A stretch of DNA of 64,000 nt, from the NCBI RefSeq assembly GCF_009914755.1, contig NC_060927.1. One strand, written 5' to 3'. Below are positions 1 through 14,006 of the stretch, one piece after another (position 1 is the first letter of the stretch; every line of letters starts with the position of its first letter). This stretch comes from the human T2T-CHM13v2.0 reference genome, Homo sapiens. Both the position numbers and the translations under genes were made by a program. The notes below the pieces were generated by a model. It worked only from the letters and a program-made list of their open reading frames with translations, was not told where the DNA came from and ran no database searches.

Positions 1-104
1 GAGTGAAAAACAATCAGGAGTGATGGGCCTTATGGAAAACAGACAACCTCATGCTTATTCCTTATAAATGTTTTATTTTAATGTTCTTTGTCTTGTTATT
101 TTCT

Positions 105-1277
105 TTTTTTTTTCTTTTTAAATTTAACTATAACTTCTGGAATACATGTGCTGAACTTCCTCATTTGTTACATGGGTATACATGTGCCATGGTGGTTTGC
201 TGCACCTATCAAACCGTCATCTAGGATTTAAGCTCGCATGCATTAGGTATTTGTCCTAATGCTCTCCCTCCCCTTTCCCCCCACTCAAGATATATTAAAG
301 ACTTAATGAAACATAAAATCATAAAAACCCTAGAAGAAAACCTGTGCAATACCATTCAGGACATAGGCATGGGCAAAGACTTCATGACTAAAACACCAAA
401 AGCAATTGCAACAAAAGCCAAAATTGACAAATTGGATCTAATTAAACCAAAAAGCTTCTGCTCAGCAAAAGAAACTATCATTAGAGTGAACAGGCAACCT
501 ACAGAATGCGAGAAAATTTTTGCAATGTATCCATCTGACAAAGGTCTAATATCCAGAACCTTCAAGGAACTTAAACAAATTTACAAGAAGAAAAAGAACT
601 CCATCAAAAAGTGGATGAAGGATATGAACAGACACTTCCCAAAAGAAGACATTTATGCGGCCAACAAACATATGAAAAAAAGCTCATCATCACTGCTCAT
701 TAAAGAAATGCAAATCAAAACCACAATGAGATACCATCTCACGCCAATTGGAATGGTGATCATTAAAAAGTCTGGAAACAACAGATGCTGGTGAGGATGC
801 AGAGAAATAGAACACTTTTACACTGTTGGTGGGAGTGTAAATTAGTTCCACCATTGTGGAAGACAGTGTGGCGATTCCTCAAGAATATAGAACCAGAAAT
901 ACCATTTGACCCAGCAATCTCATTACAGGGTATATACCCAAAAGATTATAAATCATTCTACTATAATGATACACACATACATATGTTTATTGCAACACTA
1001 TTCACAATAGCAAAGACTTGGAACCAACCCAAATGCCCATCAATAATAGACTGGATAAAGAAAATATGGCACATATACACCATGGAATACTATGCAGCCA
1101 TAAAAAAGAATGAGTTCATGTCCTTTGCAGGGACATGGATGAAGTTAGAAACCATCATCCTCAGCAAACTAACACGGGAACAGAAAACCAAACTCTCATG
1201 TTCTCACTCATAAGTGGGAGTTGAACAATGAGAATACATGGACACAGGGAGGGAAACATCACACACCGGGGCCTGTT
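105..1277 (-). mobile_element. L1PA8-like LINE-1, 5'-truncated with 5' inversion (3' end on minus 105-284; inverted ORF2 end/3'UTR on plus 283-1277)
   Basis: Poly-T plus L1 3'UTR on minus. ORFs 306..794 and 785..1213 are the ORF2 C-terminus. 12-bp TSD TTGTTATTTTCT at 93-104 and 1278-1289. Confidence 0.93.
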
Positions 1278-1899
1278 TTGTTATTTTCTAAATTTAAGAG
1301 CATCTACTGGCCAAAGAAAACTTCAGCACGGTTTGCCAATTAGCAGCCACACAAAGAGGGGATGAAGTCCATGAACTTTGTCAAAAGTCAAACCTGGACA
1401 ATCAGTCTTACTATTTTTTTTTCTTCTGAGAAATAAGTGGATAATTTCCGATTAACACATGCATCAACTATGAAAACAATAAATGGTTGACAGTGCTCAC
1501 AAAGCTTGCCCTATCTCTTTGTCCTTTGTTCTCGTACCTTCCAGGTGCAGATGTGTCCTAGAAATAAAAAAAAAGCCTGAAGTATTCACTTCATTGGTGG
1601 ACTTCTGCCCTCTAAACTTAAGAATTCAAACATTGAGATTCAAAGACGTAGAGATGGCTCTTGCTATTTCCTCCACCACAAGCCTCCAGAGCGGCTTTTC
1701 CTTAACCGTCACTGCATGGAGTAGAATGGGCAGAGGAAGAGGAGCTTTTTCTTTGTAAGTACAAAATAATAAGCTGAAATATCGTTTTCCCCAACTATGC
1801 CCTATACTTACTGTGCTGTGCAACTCTGTACTTATTCTTTCTCCTTTACTTCTCATTATTGTCATGCCCTTCTCCTCATAAGAGACAGTACAGACTAGG

Positions 1900-2110
1900 A
1901 TCTATAAACCTAGACTCTACAGTCAAACAAACTTAGGTTTGATTCCCCTGCTCTTAAATGCTGCTTGTGTGCAACTTATTTCATTTATGAGAGCTCTGGC
2001 TTTCTTATGTGTAAAATCAAGATAGTAGTACTTGTATACAATTGTTGTAACAGTTAAATGAGTTAATGCCTTGTAATTGCACATGTTCAGTAAAGGGCCC
2101 TTGTTATGAT
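1900..2110 (+). mobile_element. MIR SINE (degenerate)
   Basis: MIR core-like text (tttcttatgtgtaaaat...ttaaatgagttaatg); boundaries approximate. Confidence 0.6.
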
Positions 2111-2489
2111 TATGTCTATTTTTTAATCTTCTCAGCCCTGGACACCCAATTCTACTGTTATTTGCATCACCAAACCTTAAAGTCTTAATAGACATATTTT
2201 CTCTGCATCTCCCATGTGTTTATTAGTCCCATGTTTCAATAGATGTCAAATAAATAGTTGTGCAGTATAATTATTCTTATATAATTTTAATACCTATTCC
2301 AATATGTCATAAAAAGTTGTGTCATTTATTTTTCTATATCTTAAATTATAATGCTGTAAAGGTAAAATCCATATCTTATTTACCACTTATACCCATTGAT
2401 GTCCAGTGTTGTAACTTGTTGATATTAATTACCCAAAAACATGTATTGAACAACTTCCACACCCTTTCAAGCCTTATATGGAAGTATAA

Positions 2490-3500
2490 CGTACAAATAT
2501 TTAGTCGTTAAATTTTAGGTGTACAAGATGATAATGAGATGTAAATGAACAAACCCACATAAACCACCACGAAGGTAAAATAATAGATATTACTAGCATA
2601 TCACCAGCACTCCAGAAACCTCCTCTTCAACTCTGCCAATCAATGCTCCCACCTCCCACACTGATAATCACTATCCTGACATCTAACAACCTACAGTAGT
2701 TTAGTTTTGTCTGTGTTTTAACCATGTGTATCTATGTATAATATACATACACAGATAAGAGTGTTTATTATTTTTTCTTCTGATTAACAATATATATAAA
2801 TGCATGCCACTGTATGGAAAAAAATGTTCCTTCATTGTAATTGTCAGTAGCATTTCATTCTGTGCATATTCCATAATCTATCCATTCCAGTGCTAATGGA
2901 AATATGTTTTGTTTTCCTATATGGAAAGTTTAAAATACACTCCTAAGTAACACATAGGACAAAGATGATATAATGGAAATTAGATGTCATTACTTTATAG
3001 TCTTTGATGTATACATTAGAAAAGAAGAATGCTCAAATATAAATCAATAAGCTGAGAGGTTATAGGTATAAGTCATTTATTCTGAGAAATTGGAAATTGC
3101 AAAAAGAATAAATTTAATTAAGAGAAAGTAGAGAAATAAAATAGTTAGATTAAAGGAATATAGAGAAATAATAATAAATATTATAAGCTTAGGATATAAT
3201 GAAACCTTTAAAACACACAATAGAGAGTATCAATAAAATCAAAAAGAACACTTTTTGAGAAGTGTTCCAAATTGACACATTTTGGCAAGAATAATCAAAG
3301 AGCAATAAAAAATATTTTATTACCAATATAAATAAGGGAAGTGGGGTCTTCACTACAGATTCTATGTTCACAAAAATAGTAATAGGTTATTCTGGACAAC
3401 TTTATGTTAATAATACATAAAATTTTTATATAAAATGGGCAACTTATCTAAAAAGGCCACAAAAAGTGACAAACAGAAATTTAAAACCTGACTTTTTAAA
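2490..3500. mobile_element. Old L1M fragments (minus-strand 3' piece, then plus-strand ORF2 piece)
   Basis: Degenerate L1 phrases, e.g. aataaaattgaca-like and cactacagattcta...caactttatg; A-rich skew. Confidence 0.55.
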
Positions 3501-4329
3501 GATCTATTGGAATACAAGAGTCAGGAAGGATACAAAAGCAAAGAAAATATTTCCTTGGTTGCAAACAGCATGTAATCTAGTGGAGTAATTGACTCGTAAG
3601 ATGGAGAATATAATAGAGAATCAAAGACATATAGATATTGTATTTTGAGAACTTCTGATTTTCCATAATTTTTTCAAACCAACTGAAGAAAACCAAAAAA
3701 TTCTAGATGGCATAGTATTCTTAAAAGAAAATTGACAGCATCCAAAACCTGGCAAGCTAATACAGTATTATTTCTACAAAACCTGAAGGGAAAATGGAAA
3801 CTCAGGGATGAACAAGTTAGTTTTTCCTTCAAGATATTAACTCATCCTGAAAATTTGGATGTTCCTTTTTGCATTCTCTCATGGGTAACAGAAAAGAAGT
3901 TAAAGAGCAAGACTTACACAATGTAGGAAACATAACCCCACATTGTCTAGTTTCCTAAAGCTCTACATCTTCTAGATAAGGTTGGATCAGATTGTCTTGG
4001 GTATTTTTGTTGCCTAGTTTCATGTGGACTGAGTAGTCTAAGGAATCTCATTATTTGAATTTTGTTTAAGGTGACTTAAGACAAATAATGGCTCTAGGTA
4101 TGTGAGAAAATCAAGTATAAATCATCTGCAGAGGAGTACCTATTCATCCATCACCTGATATTATTTATAAATATAATTCTACAAAATATAATAAGCATCA
4201 CACCATGAAGGCATCAAAGCAAAGAAAGGAAGAAGCTACTATGATAAAAGGTGATGGAAACAGACCAGAAAAGACATTAGAAATGGAAATTATCACACAT
4301 ATTTTAGTGAAAAAATACAAACCAAAAAT

Positions 4330-4700
4330 ATCTCTAAGCAATAAACTATAAAAGGTGATCAACACTCTGTTATAACTGATTATTCAGAAGAGAAATAAAT
4401 AAAATTCAATTGACAGTGGTATAGGCTTACTGAATACAGCAGCATTTTAGGTGGTCAAGGAGGGTTTTTACAGGGAAGGATAGGATAGAAAGTGCTTTTC
4501 AGATGGGAAAGATCTCCTGAGTAAAGACATGAGGGCGTGAAGGCATTATATATCTTTTAAAGATGAAGCATAGTCCAGTTTGGTAAATGGAATATATGAG
4601 AAGGAGAGCTGAAAATGAGGTTGGTGAGGAAAGTTAAAGGTGAGGCCCCACAAAGATTGAATAGACGTTACTAGTATTATCACTTTTCCTAACCCAAAAT
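4330..4700. mobile_element. L2 fragment
   Basis: Purine-rich L2-like text (gagtaaagacatgagg...tagtccagtttgg); approximate. Confidence 0.4.
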
Positions 4701-5649
4701 CTAACAACTTCTCTAATCTAAAACCTAAATAAAATTTATCACCTAGCCTTGTCATCCAGAGGGCTCCTAATCCAATTATTTCAGGCAACTGGAGAAAAGA
4801 CCTGGAGGTAATCTCCCAGAAGCAAAAAGAAAGAAAAACTTCTATTACTGTGTAAAATAAGAAGAAGAAGAAGAAGAAAAGCATTGGATCCTGAATCAAC
4901 TTAAAGCATATTTAAAATTTTATGGTGGGTAATGAAAAAAGATATCTCTGGTAGACTTTTTAAAATTCTTAGCATGCTCATGCATTCATGCAATAAACAA
5001 AGGAACAAATCATAGTGCATGGCATGAGAAGATACCACAGCTATATATTTGTTATTCTAGATGTAACTGTCTGTTAGAACAATAAAATGTGCTAGGATCA
5101 GGGACTTTCTTGATATATCTATCATCTCATGTAATTTCAATGTTAAAGATATGGTAAATAACAATGATCATATATTTGTAGTCAAAGAATGTCTTCTATT
5201 TAAGCTGATAGAATGAAAACCACACTGAGAAGAGAGAAAAGGTTTATGTCCTTGTCAGCACTGAGAATTTAGACATATTTCTAAAGATAACAAATGGATA
5301 GAAATGGATTAATGGACAAACTAAAGCAGAGAGAAACAGGAAATAGTGTCCTTGGGAAACGGCTAAAGATGAGAAATGTTTCTCTCTGAACAAAGAAGTT
5401 CAAATTTGAAGAACTGAGATTGAGAGAGTGGAAACGTGAGGGACAGAAATAGAACTTTAGGTTAATTTTAGAACCATTTATAGAACAAATATGTGTCACC
5501 ATATCCCTTTCTTTTCCTACTCTTGTGTATGAAGAGTGACTGATACAGCTCATTTCACCCCCAGAATGAAATCGAGGGAGCTCTCTACAAACAAATAAGA
5601 TAATCTTCCTGTGGGAAATTAAAGCTGCCAGAATGATGATAGAAAATTG

Positions 5650-6030
5650 TCCCTGGAACAAATTCCCTCATATTGCAATGACTGAAAACAGTGATTTATT
5701 TGTTATTATTTCTCTTGAGTCTGTACGTCAGGAATTAGAGCAGGGCTCAGCCGTGTGGTTCTCCTACACATGACACCAGCTGAGATGGCTCACTCAGCTG
5801 CATTCAGCTGGCAGTTGGTCTGAGCTGTAAGGCTTTAGTGTTCCTCCATGTGGTCTCTCTCTCTCTCTTTTCCTCTCTCTCTTTAGTGTCTGCCATCATT
5901 CAGTAGTTTATTCCAAAATCTTTCACATCTGGCTTCTCAGGGAGATCATTTCTCATGCACAAACCCTGATTTCAAGGCCTGAACAAGTCTTGCTCACTTC
6001 AAGTTTACTGGCATCCCATGAGTCAAAGCA
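5650..6030. mobile_element. MLT1-type MaLR LTR
   Basis: MLT1-like motifs (aaaacagtgatttatt...tctgtacgtcaggaatt..gcagggctcagc) with an internal (CT)n. Confidence 0.6.
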
Positions 6031-6436
6031 ATAGACTTTTACAACAACTTAGAAGAAGATACACTTTGCTTACTTTTGGAAACAGGTAGCCTGCCTGTTT
6101 CTTCCTCCAATCCCCAATAGTGAACTAGTATGCATAGAACTTGTAACCAGTTCTTGCATTCCAGTGAAAGGGTCATGTGGGGATACTAAATCTGTCCCCA
6201 TCATATGCTCTTGTTGCATGAAATAGTTAAAGAAAACAAAGAACAGAGAGAAAAACAAAGATAGACTGTTGGTACAACCTACCAGCAGCGACTTTTGAAA
6301 TCAAAGGTTTTTAAAAACTACATTCTAATTAGTAGACCGAAATTATCAAGGAAAGTATTATATCAATAAAACAAGATCAGATTGCCATTAAAATGGAAGA
6401 ATCACAGAAGAAATAGCTATTGAAAATTAAAAATAT

Positions 6437-7293
6437 GTCCCATCAATACCTAATTTATTGAGAGAAGGATATGAACAGACACTTCTCGAAAGAAGACATT
6501 TATGCAGCCAACAGACACATGAAAAAATGCTCATCATCACTGGCCATCAGAGAAATGCAAATCAAAACCACATTGAGATACCATCTCACACCAGTTAGAA
6601 TGGCGATCATTAAAAAGTCAGGAAACAGCAGGTGCTGGAAAGGATGTGGAGAAATAAGAACACTTTTACACTGTTGGTGGGACTGGAAACTAGTTCAACC
6701 ATTGTGGAAGACAGTGTGGTGATTCCTCAGGGATCTAGAACTAGAAATACCATTTGACCCAGCCATCCCATTACTGGGTATACACTCAAAGGATTATAAA
6801 TCATGCTGCTATAAAGACACATGTATACGTATGTTTATTGTGGCACTATTCACAATAGCAAAGTCTTGGAACAAACCCAAATGTCCAACAATGATAGACT
6901 GGATTAAGAAAATGTGGTACATATACACCATGGAATACTATGCAGCCATAAAAAGGATGAGTTCATGTCCTTTGTAGGGACATGGATGAAGCTGGAAACC
7001 ATCATTCTCAGCAAACTATCGCAAGGACAAAAAACCAAACACCACATGTTCTCACTCATAGGTGGGAATTGAACAATGAGAACACCTGGACACAGGAAGG
7101 GGAACATCACATACCGGGCCTGTTGTGGGGTAGGAGGAGCGGGGAGGGATAGCATTAGGGGATATACCTAATGTTAAATGACGAGTTAATGGGTGCAGCA
7201 CACCAACATGGCACATGTATACATATGTAACAAACCTGCATGTTGTGCACATGTACTGTAGAACTTAAAGTATAATAAAAATATATAAAAAAA
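6437..7293 (+). mobile_element. L1PA4-like LINE-1 3' fragment with a 28-bp 5' micro-inversion
   Basis: ORF2 C-terminus, 3'UTR (aatgttaaatgacgagttaatgggtgcagcacaccaacatgg) and A tail. 15-bp TSD GAAAATTAAAAATAT at 6422-6436 and 7294-7308. Confidence 0.95.
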
Positions 7294-7309
7294 GAAAATT
7301 AAAAATATA

Positions 7310-7900
7310 ATCACTTAAACAACAAACTTAAATAACAAAAGATAACCAGTAGCAGAAAACACTAAGAAAATTATTGAACATAGAGAACAAGGAGTGAAAA
7401 ATATGTGAGGAAAATTAATGGAAATTAAGATTCAATATAGGATCTCCAAAAAAAAATCCCAGAAAACAGAAGAGAGAAAATAATCAAATAATAATATAAG
7501 AAAATTTCCCAAAGGCTAAGAAAGACAGGAGGCCTTAGATTACAGAAGACACACAAAGCAGTGAACAAAAATGAAAGTGATTCATGCCTAAATATATCCT
7601 CATGAAATTTCAGAAATTCAAATTAAGTGATCTTATATTAGATACACCAATAGTAAGACTGCTTGAGCTAGACAAAAATGCAGCAATGTCTTTGAACTCC
7701 TTAGGGGATAAATATTGTTAGCTAAGATTTCTATATGCAGCCAAACTAAAAAAAAAAAATGTGTAAGAGCAAAATAAAAACTTACTCAGATAGGGGCTCA
7801 TAAGTTTAATTTTAATTAGCTTTCTTGGAAAAAAAAATAAGTAAGCTACAGTGAAACAAAACAAAGAAAAATGAAGATGAAGAAAAGAGAGTAGATAATA
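7310..7900 (+). mobile_element. Old L1M/HAL1 ORF1-like host element (also ~6290-6420)
   Basis: Degenerate ORF1 phrases (gaaaatttccc; atatcctcatgaaatttcagaa; ttctatatgcagccaaacta). Confidence 0.55.
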
Positions 7901-9298
7901 TGAAGGATCCAACTCAGAGATCCAACAGATCAACCAAGAAGGACAATGAAAAGAAATTCCACATTCAGTTATGGCATTGATCACATGAAATGATTGTTTA
8001 CTCTTAGGAAGTAAAAATAGATTGGAGAGAGAAGGGAGGCAAGTTTTTAAATCTTGTTTAATTTTATCAGTACACATTGAATTACAAAATATTTGCAGTA
8101 CTTTATTTTTACAGTAATTTTAAAAGGAAAAATAGCAGAGAAACTTTGCAAATAGTTTTCTTCACTAGTAAAAATAAAGTGTCTTTTATAGTTATTAAGC
8201 TTTCTATGTTATGATATTCTTCTCATTTATATTTCTAAGATTATCTTTCATATAAATCTTATACCCTTTGGAATGTTTATTATTTCCTAGATTGGGCCAG
8301 AAAGTGGACTTGATTTTTATCTTTCCCTCTAAATCTTTTGGTCTTTTTTTTTTCTTCATGACCTGCCTTCTACTCAGTGTTTCTTTGATTAGATGTAGAA
8401 TTGCTGACTGGAAGGTATTGCTCATGACTTTCTTGTTCTTTCTTTCTGATTAAGGACTAATTTAAAAAAATTAGGCTTCATCAAAAGAGCAACCTTATTC
8501 AAAACAGAAGAACATAGGCAATCAGCAAAGCTGTTCCTTTATAATCACAATGGACAATTTGCATTAAAAAGAAAAATAAAAGAAAAATTAAGGAAAGGGG
8601 GCAGGATGAGAAGAAAGGAGGAAGGGAGAGAGAGGACAATGGGGGTTGAAAAACATGTAACACTTCTTGTATAAAACATCTAAAAAGAGAACATTTCTCT
8701 GGGGAAGAAACTGGTTTTTGTAGGCATTATCTTATTAAACATGGTAACATACAACAAGCTGAAGACAATAAGAAAGTTTGTGATATGATAGAATTGTGAT
8801 TCACAGAATGACAGCAAGGCTTAAATCATATTTTCCTTACCCTCCAGCTTTTATTTTGCTACTACATATTATAATTCAAAACCCTCACTTTGCAACTCTA
8901 TAGATGTATCTAGGGAGGGCTCGAGGATTTTATGAAAGAATAAGAAATGAAAGTGTTTTTGCATATGTGCAATTGTGTGTGTGTGCATGTGTGTGCATAT
9001 GCGTGATAATTGTGAGGATCTCACCATCCTTTATAGTAATCTGGAGGTTTAGTTTTTAAATAGGAACACAGTTTGAGCTATGTAATCAAGCTAAATCTAT
9101 CTGACTCCTGTACTTAATTATCAGTCCTTTCTGAGTCAGAGATAATATGTGATTATCTCACAACAGAAAAATCTGGTTCAATATACATATGAAAGTGTCC
9201 AACAGTATTCCATCAGTTACATTCATGCAGAGCAGAAACCCCTACTTCATGGGGTTTCTGTGAAATCTTCAATGGCAGATTTCAAAACCCATGCCTTT

Positions 9299-9805
9299 TG
9301 TATTAGTTAGCTATTGTTGCATAACAAATCACCCCTAACTCAGTAGCTTAAAACAAAAATCATCATTCAGCTCACAGTTCTTTGGGTTGACAATTTAGCC
9401 TAAGTCAGCTAAACGGTTCTTTTGTTCTCAGCTGGACTCCTCCTTGAATCCGTTATTAGCTGCACTTCCACAGAATAATTCTGCTTCTGGGAGTAGGCCA
9501 GCTATTAGCTGGGTTGATGTGGAAGCAGTGGGACAATGTGTCTCTTATCCTTAACAGCCAAGCCACAGTGAGTCTCAAAATGGCTAGGCAGGCTTCTGAG
9601 AGAGCGAACATAAGCATGGAAAGCCTCTTTAAGGACTAAGCTTGAAACCCACACTTACTCATGTCTGCTACATTCTAATGTCCAATACCCCTAAACTGTA
9701 TTCAAGAACTCTACCTCTTGATGGGAAGAAGAGAAAAGTCATATTAAAAGGCATCTTTGATACAAGGAATCAAATAATTGCAACTATTTTCGTAAATGAT
9801 CTATG
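9299..9805. mobile_element. MLT1-type MaLR LTR
   Basis: Starts tgtattagttagctattgttgcataacaaatcaccc...agcttaaaacaa, a typical MLT1 terminus. Confidence 0.75.
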
Positions 9806-12800
9806 TTATCCTTTTAACTATACATTTTTGTATTTCCTTTAGGGTCCTTCATCATTACATGTCAAATCCAAGACAAATTATAAATCTATTTTGAATATCA
9901 GGATTTAGCCCGAAATAAAAAGATGCCTTAACATTTAAAATCTATTTTTATAGTTTAGTGCATTGACAGATAAAGGGTAATTTTGTGTACTTAGAACATT
10001 TACTTTTGTCATCCTCACAACAATATCTGGTACAATGGTGAGTGTTGTATCCATTAACTTACTTAAATAGTAACAAAAATACTAGGAGATAAATGCTATT
10101 ATTACTCATAATTTACAGAAAAGAAAACTGAGTCTTAGACATTATAAGGAACAGGGACTGAAACACTGCTTACAAGCGTAAATCATTTTTAAGTTGTAAA
10201 CACAAAATCTCTTGATAATGGTCACCACTTCAATAAAAAGGCATCTCTATACATTTCCAATTTCCTCTCCCCATTCACAGTTCAAAATCTTCCAGAAACA
10301 GCTCATATTTTCTAGCAATGATGATTAAGCTTACTTTGCAAGGTGCTCTGCGGAGCAAGAGTGTAAAGTCCATGTCATCACAGAGTTGACAGCCTTTGTG
10401 GCCTAAATTCATTGAGCACTGAAATAGCTGGGAAATATAGAATAAAAACATGTGTGAAACTCGAGCTTCATGCCTTGGATTTTAGAGGAAAAGGAATCCT
10501 ACAGTGGATCTAGAAAGAAAGTCCAGCTTCAAAACATTTCATCTATACTTGCATTAGTTAAAGATTAGGGAAGCTTCTCTTTGAGGAGGAAAATATCCAA
10601 TGAGTTGGTCGAATAGTCATGCCTACTTCAGTGTCTTTTGTTTTAATTAGATCACAGCCTAGCTGATTAACTGAATCAGGAGTAGCAGACTTGAAATGGA
10701 GCCAAGAGAGTTTATGGGAATTGAAAGAATGGGGAAAACATGGAAGGGATAAAAAAATGTATTTATGTATTCATCAACCAAAAAGATTGCTAAGGTTGGA
10801 ACAGCACTTAGTCTGATGGCAGAGATAGACAGATTAAAGTGAAAATGATCTTGTTCCAAGTTATTATTTGGGTAAAATTTAAGTGATTTCCCAAGATAGG
10901 AAGGAAAACCTAGACCTGTGAAGAAATTATATTCGTTATTGTCATTTTTATTTATGATTATTATTAGATGTTGAGAATGCTCAGATTTGCAATTTCCTGA
11001 GTGGAGATGTGCAGTATCAGAAGTGGTTTTACTGATGAGGTGATATTTGAGCAAGGTCTTAAAGAGCGAGTAGAACTATGCCACATATTCTGTGCTGCCT
11101 ATCTCTGAATACTGAAGTTGTGTGCTGTGAGATGTGATTGTTTAGCAACCATGGCTTGTGCTCTGCCTTGTATAACAGAGGCATAGCATGACAAGTAAAG
11201 GGTAACAATTATGGAACTCTAATTGTGATTTCCAGGGCTGTTTCCTTAGCTTTGGGAGTTAATTTTAATAGCTACAGAAATCGATGAGATACCATGCTTT
11301 GCTGTAAGTCTTTCACACAGTGATGCTACTAATTGCTCCTTAACTGCAGGTCTGACTGTTATCAACCTTACTTTTCAAGTGATCCTGTTCTGGTGTAATT
11401 CTCCTTTTAATAGCTATTTGTACAGAACCAAAGAACAGCAGAGCCAGAGTGGCCCTGGGAGACATCTTGTGCAGAATTCTATCATCAGAGATCTTTCTCC
11501 AGACATAATCCTATTTAACATTGTAAACAAATCAAAGAGGAGTGCTCTACTTGAGGAGCCTTGTGTGGCCTGATCTGTTCAACCACTGCCCAGATTCATA
11601 GTTGTAGTGACCCCAAAAGAACCCCAAGGGCATCTTGTCGCATTTTCAAAGACAGTGAAAATCAGTCTTATGTAAAACCTGTTTTTACAGGCAAGGGAAC
11701 TGATACCCAGAAAAGTTAACTGATTACTTGAGGTCACACAGAAAAGAGTTGTCATTGCTACCCAAGATTCATGTCACCTTCTACTCTACCATAGTTAATA
11801 TCCTATGTCCCTTTAGAAATAAATATCATGGATTGGGCACATAGTTAAGAATATTAGTTTGGCCACTTAGAATGAAGCTCATTTTATGCCATCTCCTCAC
11901 ATGAAACAACTTGCCGAACAATTACTCTCAAAACCTCAAGAGCTTGTTAACAACACAATACTAACAATGTGAGTTCCCTCACATGACTCCAGAATTAATG
12001 AACTAAAATTTCCCAGGTCAGAAGGAGAGATCAGAAATCGCATAAGATTTTTCAGGTGATTCTGAGGCGGTCCACCAGGAACTGGGCTCAGCTTTTGTCA
12101 CTAGGATGATTGTTCTAGGGACATTGTGACTTATAAAACTTTGGAATTTAGAACTAGTGCAGAAGAATATATGAATGGTATTTAACAAAGACAGGATGAT
12201 CTCAGCTGGGGAAAAATTACATATTGAGTTTATTAACATCTGTAGTTTGGACAAGCAGTTATCTTCCCACTTGTCTCATTTTACATACTGCTGCTTAAAA
12301 CTCATTGCTTGTACATTATCACATAATCACAAAGTCCAATGGGAAGGGCTATGGAAGTTATACTAATAACTTCCTTCAGTAGTCCCTCTATATGTAAGCA
12401 TCTGACAGTGAGAATCTGCTAGAGTAGGATTTTGGCCTCCAAAATTAAGACTGCCAAAGGTCTCTTGGGAAAGCTCAATATATGTATTCTAACTTCATGA
12501 TGTTTACATCGGAAAATTCAAATTCATCCACAGAAGGTAAAGCAGGGATGCTTTTCTTTGTAAAATAATTAGTTTTACAGAAATTGAAGAGATCTTAGAG
12601 ATCAACAGTTTATCCCAATATTTTTACAGAGAAGGATCAGGTCCGAGGTCCATACCTAGACACCTCATTAGTAGCAGGGTTAAGATTTGAATCAAAGGCT
12701 GGGAGAGTAAATATTTTGAATGAATTGCTAAATGGGATACAAAATAAAGTTCCCCAAGAATGATGTATACATGAAATTTGAATAAGGTCAGAATAAGTGA

Positions 12801-13149
12801 AAACCAAATGGGATAAATAGGAAATTAAATTCAAATTAGCAAACAGATTACCTGGAAACTTTGGAAATAATCACTATTGTTTTTCAACTTGCATTGATTT
12901 TAAATAAAATTTGGATACACAGTAGTATAAAAGGAAGCAATTCATCCTCTCTAGTTCCTCAGCAAAGGGGAGAAGAAGAAGCAAGGCCACACTCAATTCT
13001 TAAGATGCTGTGATTTTAGATGAAAAATTTTCTACAAAACACAAGCAAAAGGCCAGCATAATAATGAAAAAGATTCTAACAGCTTTCAAAACAACAACAA
13101 CAACAACAAAAATACTCAGCCTTTTAAGCAGATATGCACACCCTTTTAC

Positions 13150-13433
13150 TTATTTTTTTGTTTGTTTTTTAATTTTACTTTAACTTCTGGGATACATATG
13201 CAGAAGGTGCAGGTTTATTACATAGGTATACCTGTGCCATGGTGGTTTGCTGCACCTATCAAGGTTTTAAGCCCTGCATGCATTAGGTATTTGTCATCAA
13301 GGTTTTAAGCCCTGCATGCATTAGATATTTGTCCTAATGCTCTCCCTCCCCTTGCACCCCACCCCCTGACAGGCTCTGGTGTGTGATGTTCCCCTCCCTT
13401 TGTCCATATGTTCTCATTGTTCAACTCCCACTT
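13150..13433 (-). mobile_element. L1PA8-like 3' end with an internal 38-bp tandem duplication
   Basis: T-rich tail, then L1 3'UTR reverse complement closely similar to 121-284. No convincing TSD found. Confidence 0.9.
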
Positions 13434-14006
13434 AATACATGAGTTTTATACACTGAAATGCAGTGTTGGACAATATTCATGATCTACTTGGATGTGACTT
13501 TGGCTATGGCTTAAACAGTTCCTGTGAAAGGCATGTGAAAGGGGCAGTTCTACTTCCTGATCAGAAGCAAATCAAGGAGACTGTGCTGTCCTCACTGCCT
13601 TCCCACTCGCAGCTATCTCTTTTTGCCAGCCCTGGCTGGAGCAGTGGGAAAGGAATAGGGGATACCAGAAATGCTGCTTTGGATGGTGAGGTGGTCTCAG
13701 TCTGTGCGCCAAGGCAGCAAGTGTGGTACTTGGACAGACATTGTCTTCACAACCAAATAGTGCAATAGCTTTGAACTTTGCTTTCTCCCCAAGATCTTGC
13801 ACAAATTATTTCTTCAGTCTGATTTTGTGCCATCTCTGGGCCTCAGTTTTCTCATTTTCAAAAGGATAAAGATGAGAATACTAGCTCTGTCTCATATTTG
13901 CTGAGTTTATTTATTTTCATACCTGAAGCAAAATAAGTTTTTCATAATAATTGGTCTCTTCTATCTTCACCATAGCCTCCATGCCCAAATGTCTTTCCTT
14001 TGACAG

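Noticed and set aside
13141-13440. TSD for the 13.2 kb L1 fragment
   Set aside because: Only 5-6 nt AT-rich matches, indistinguishable from chance.
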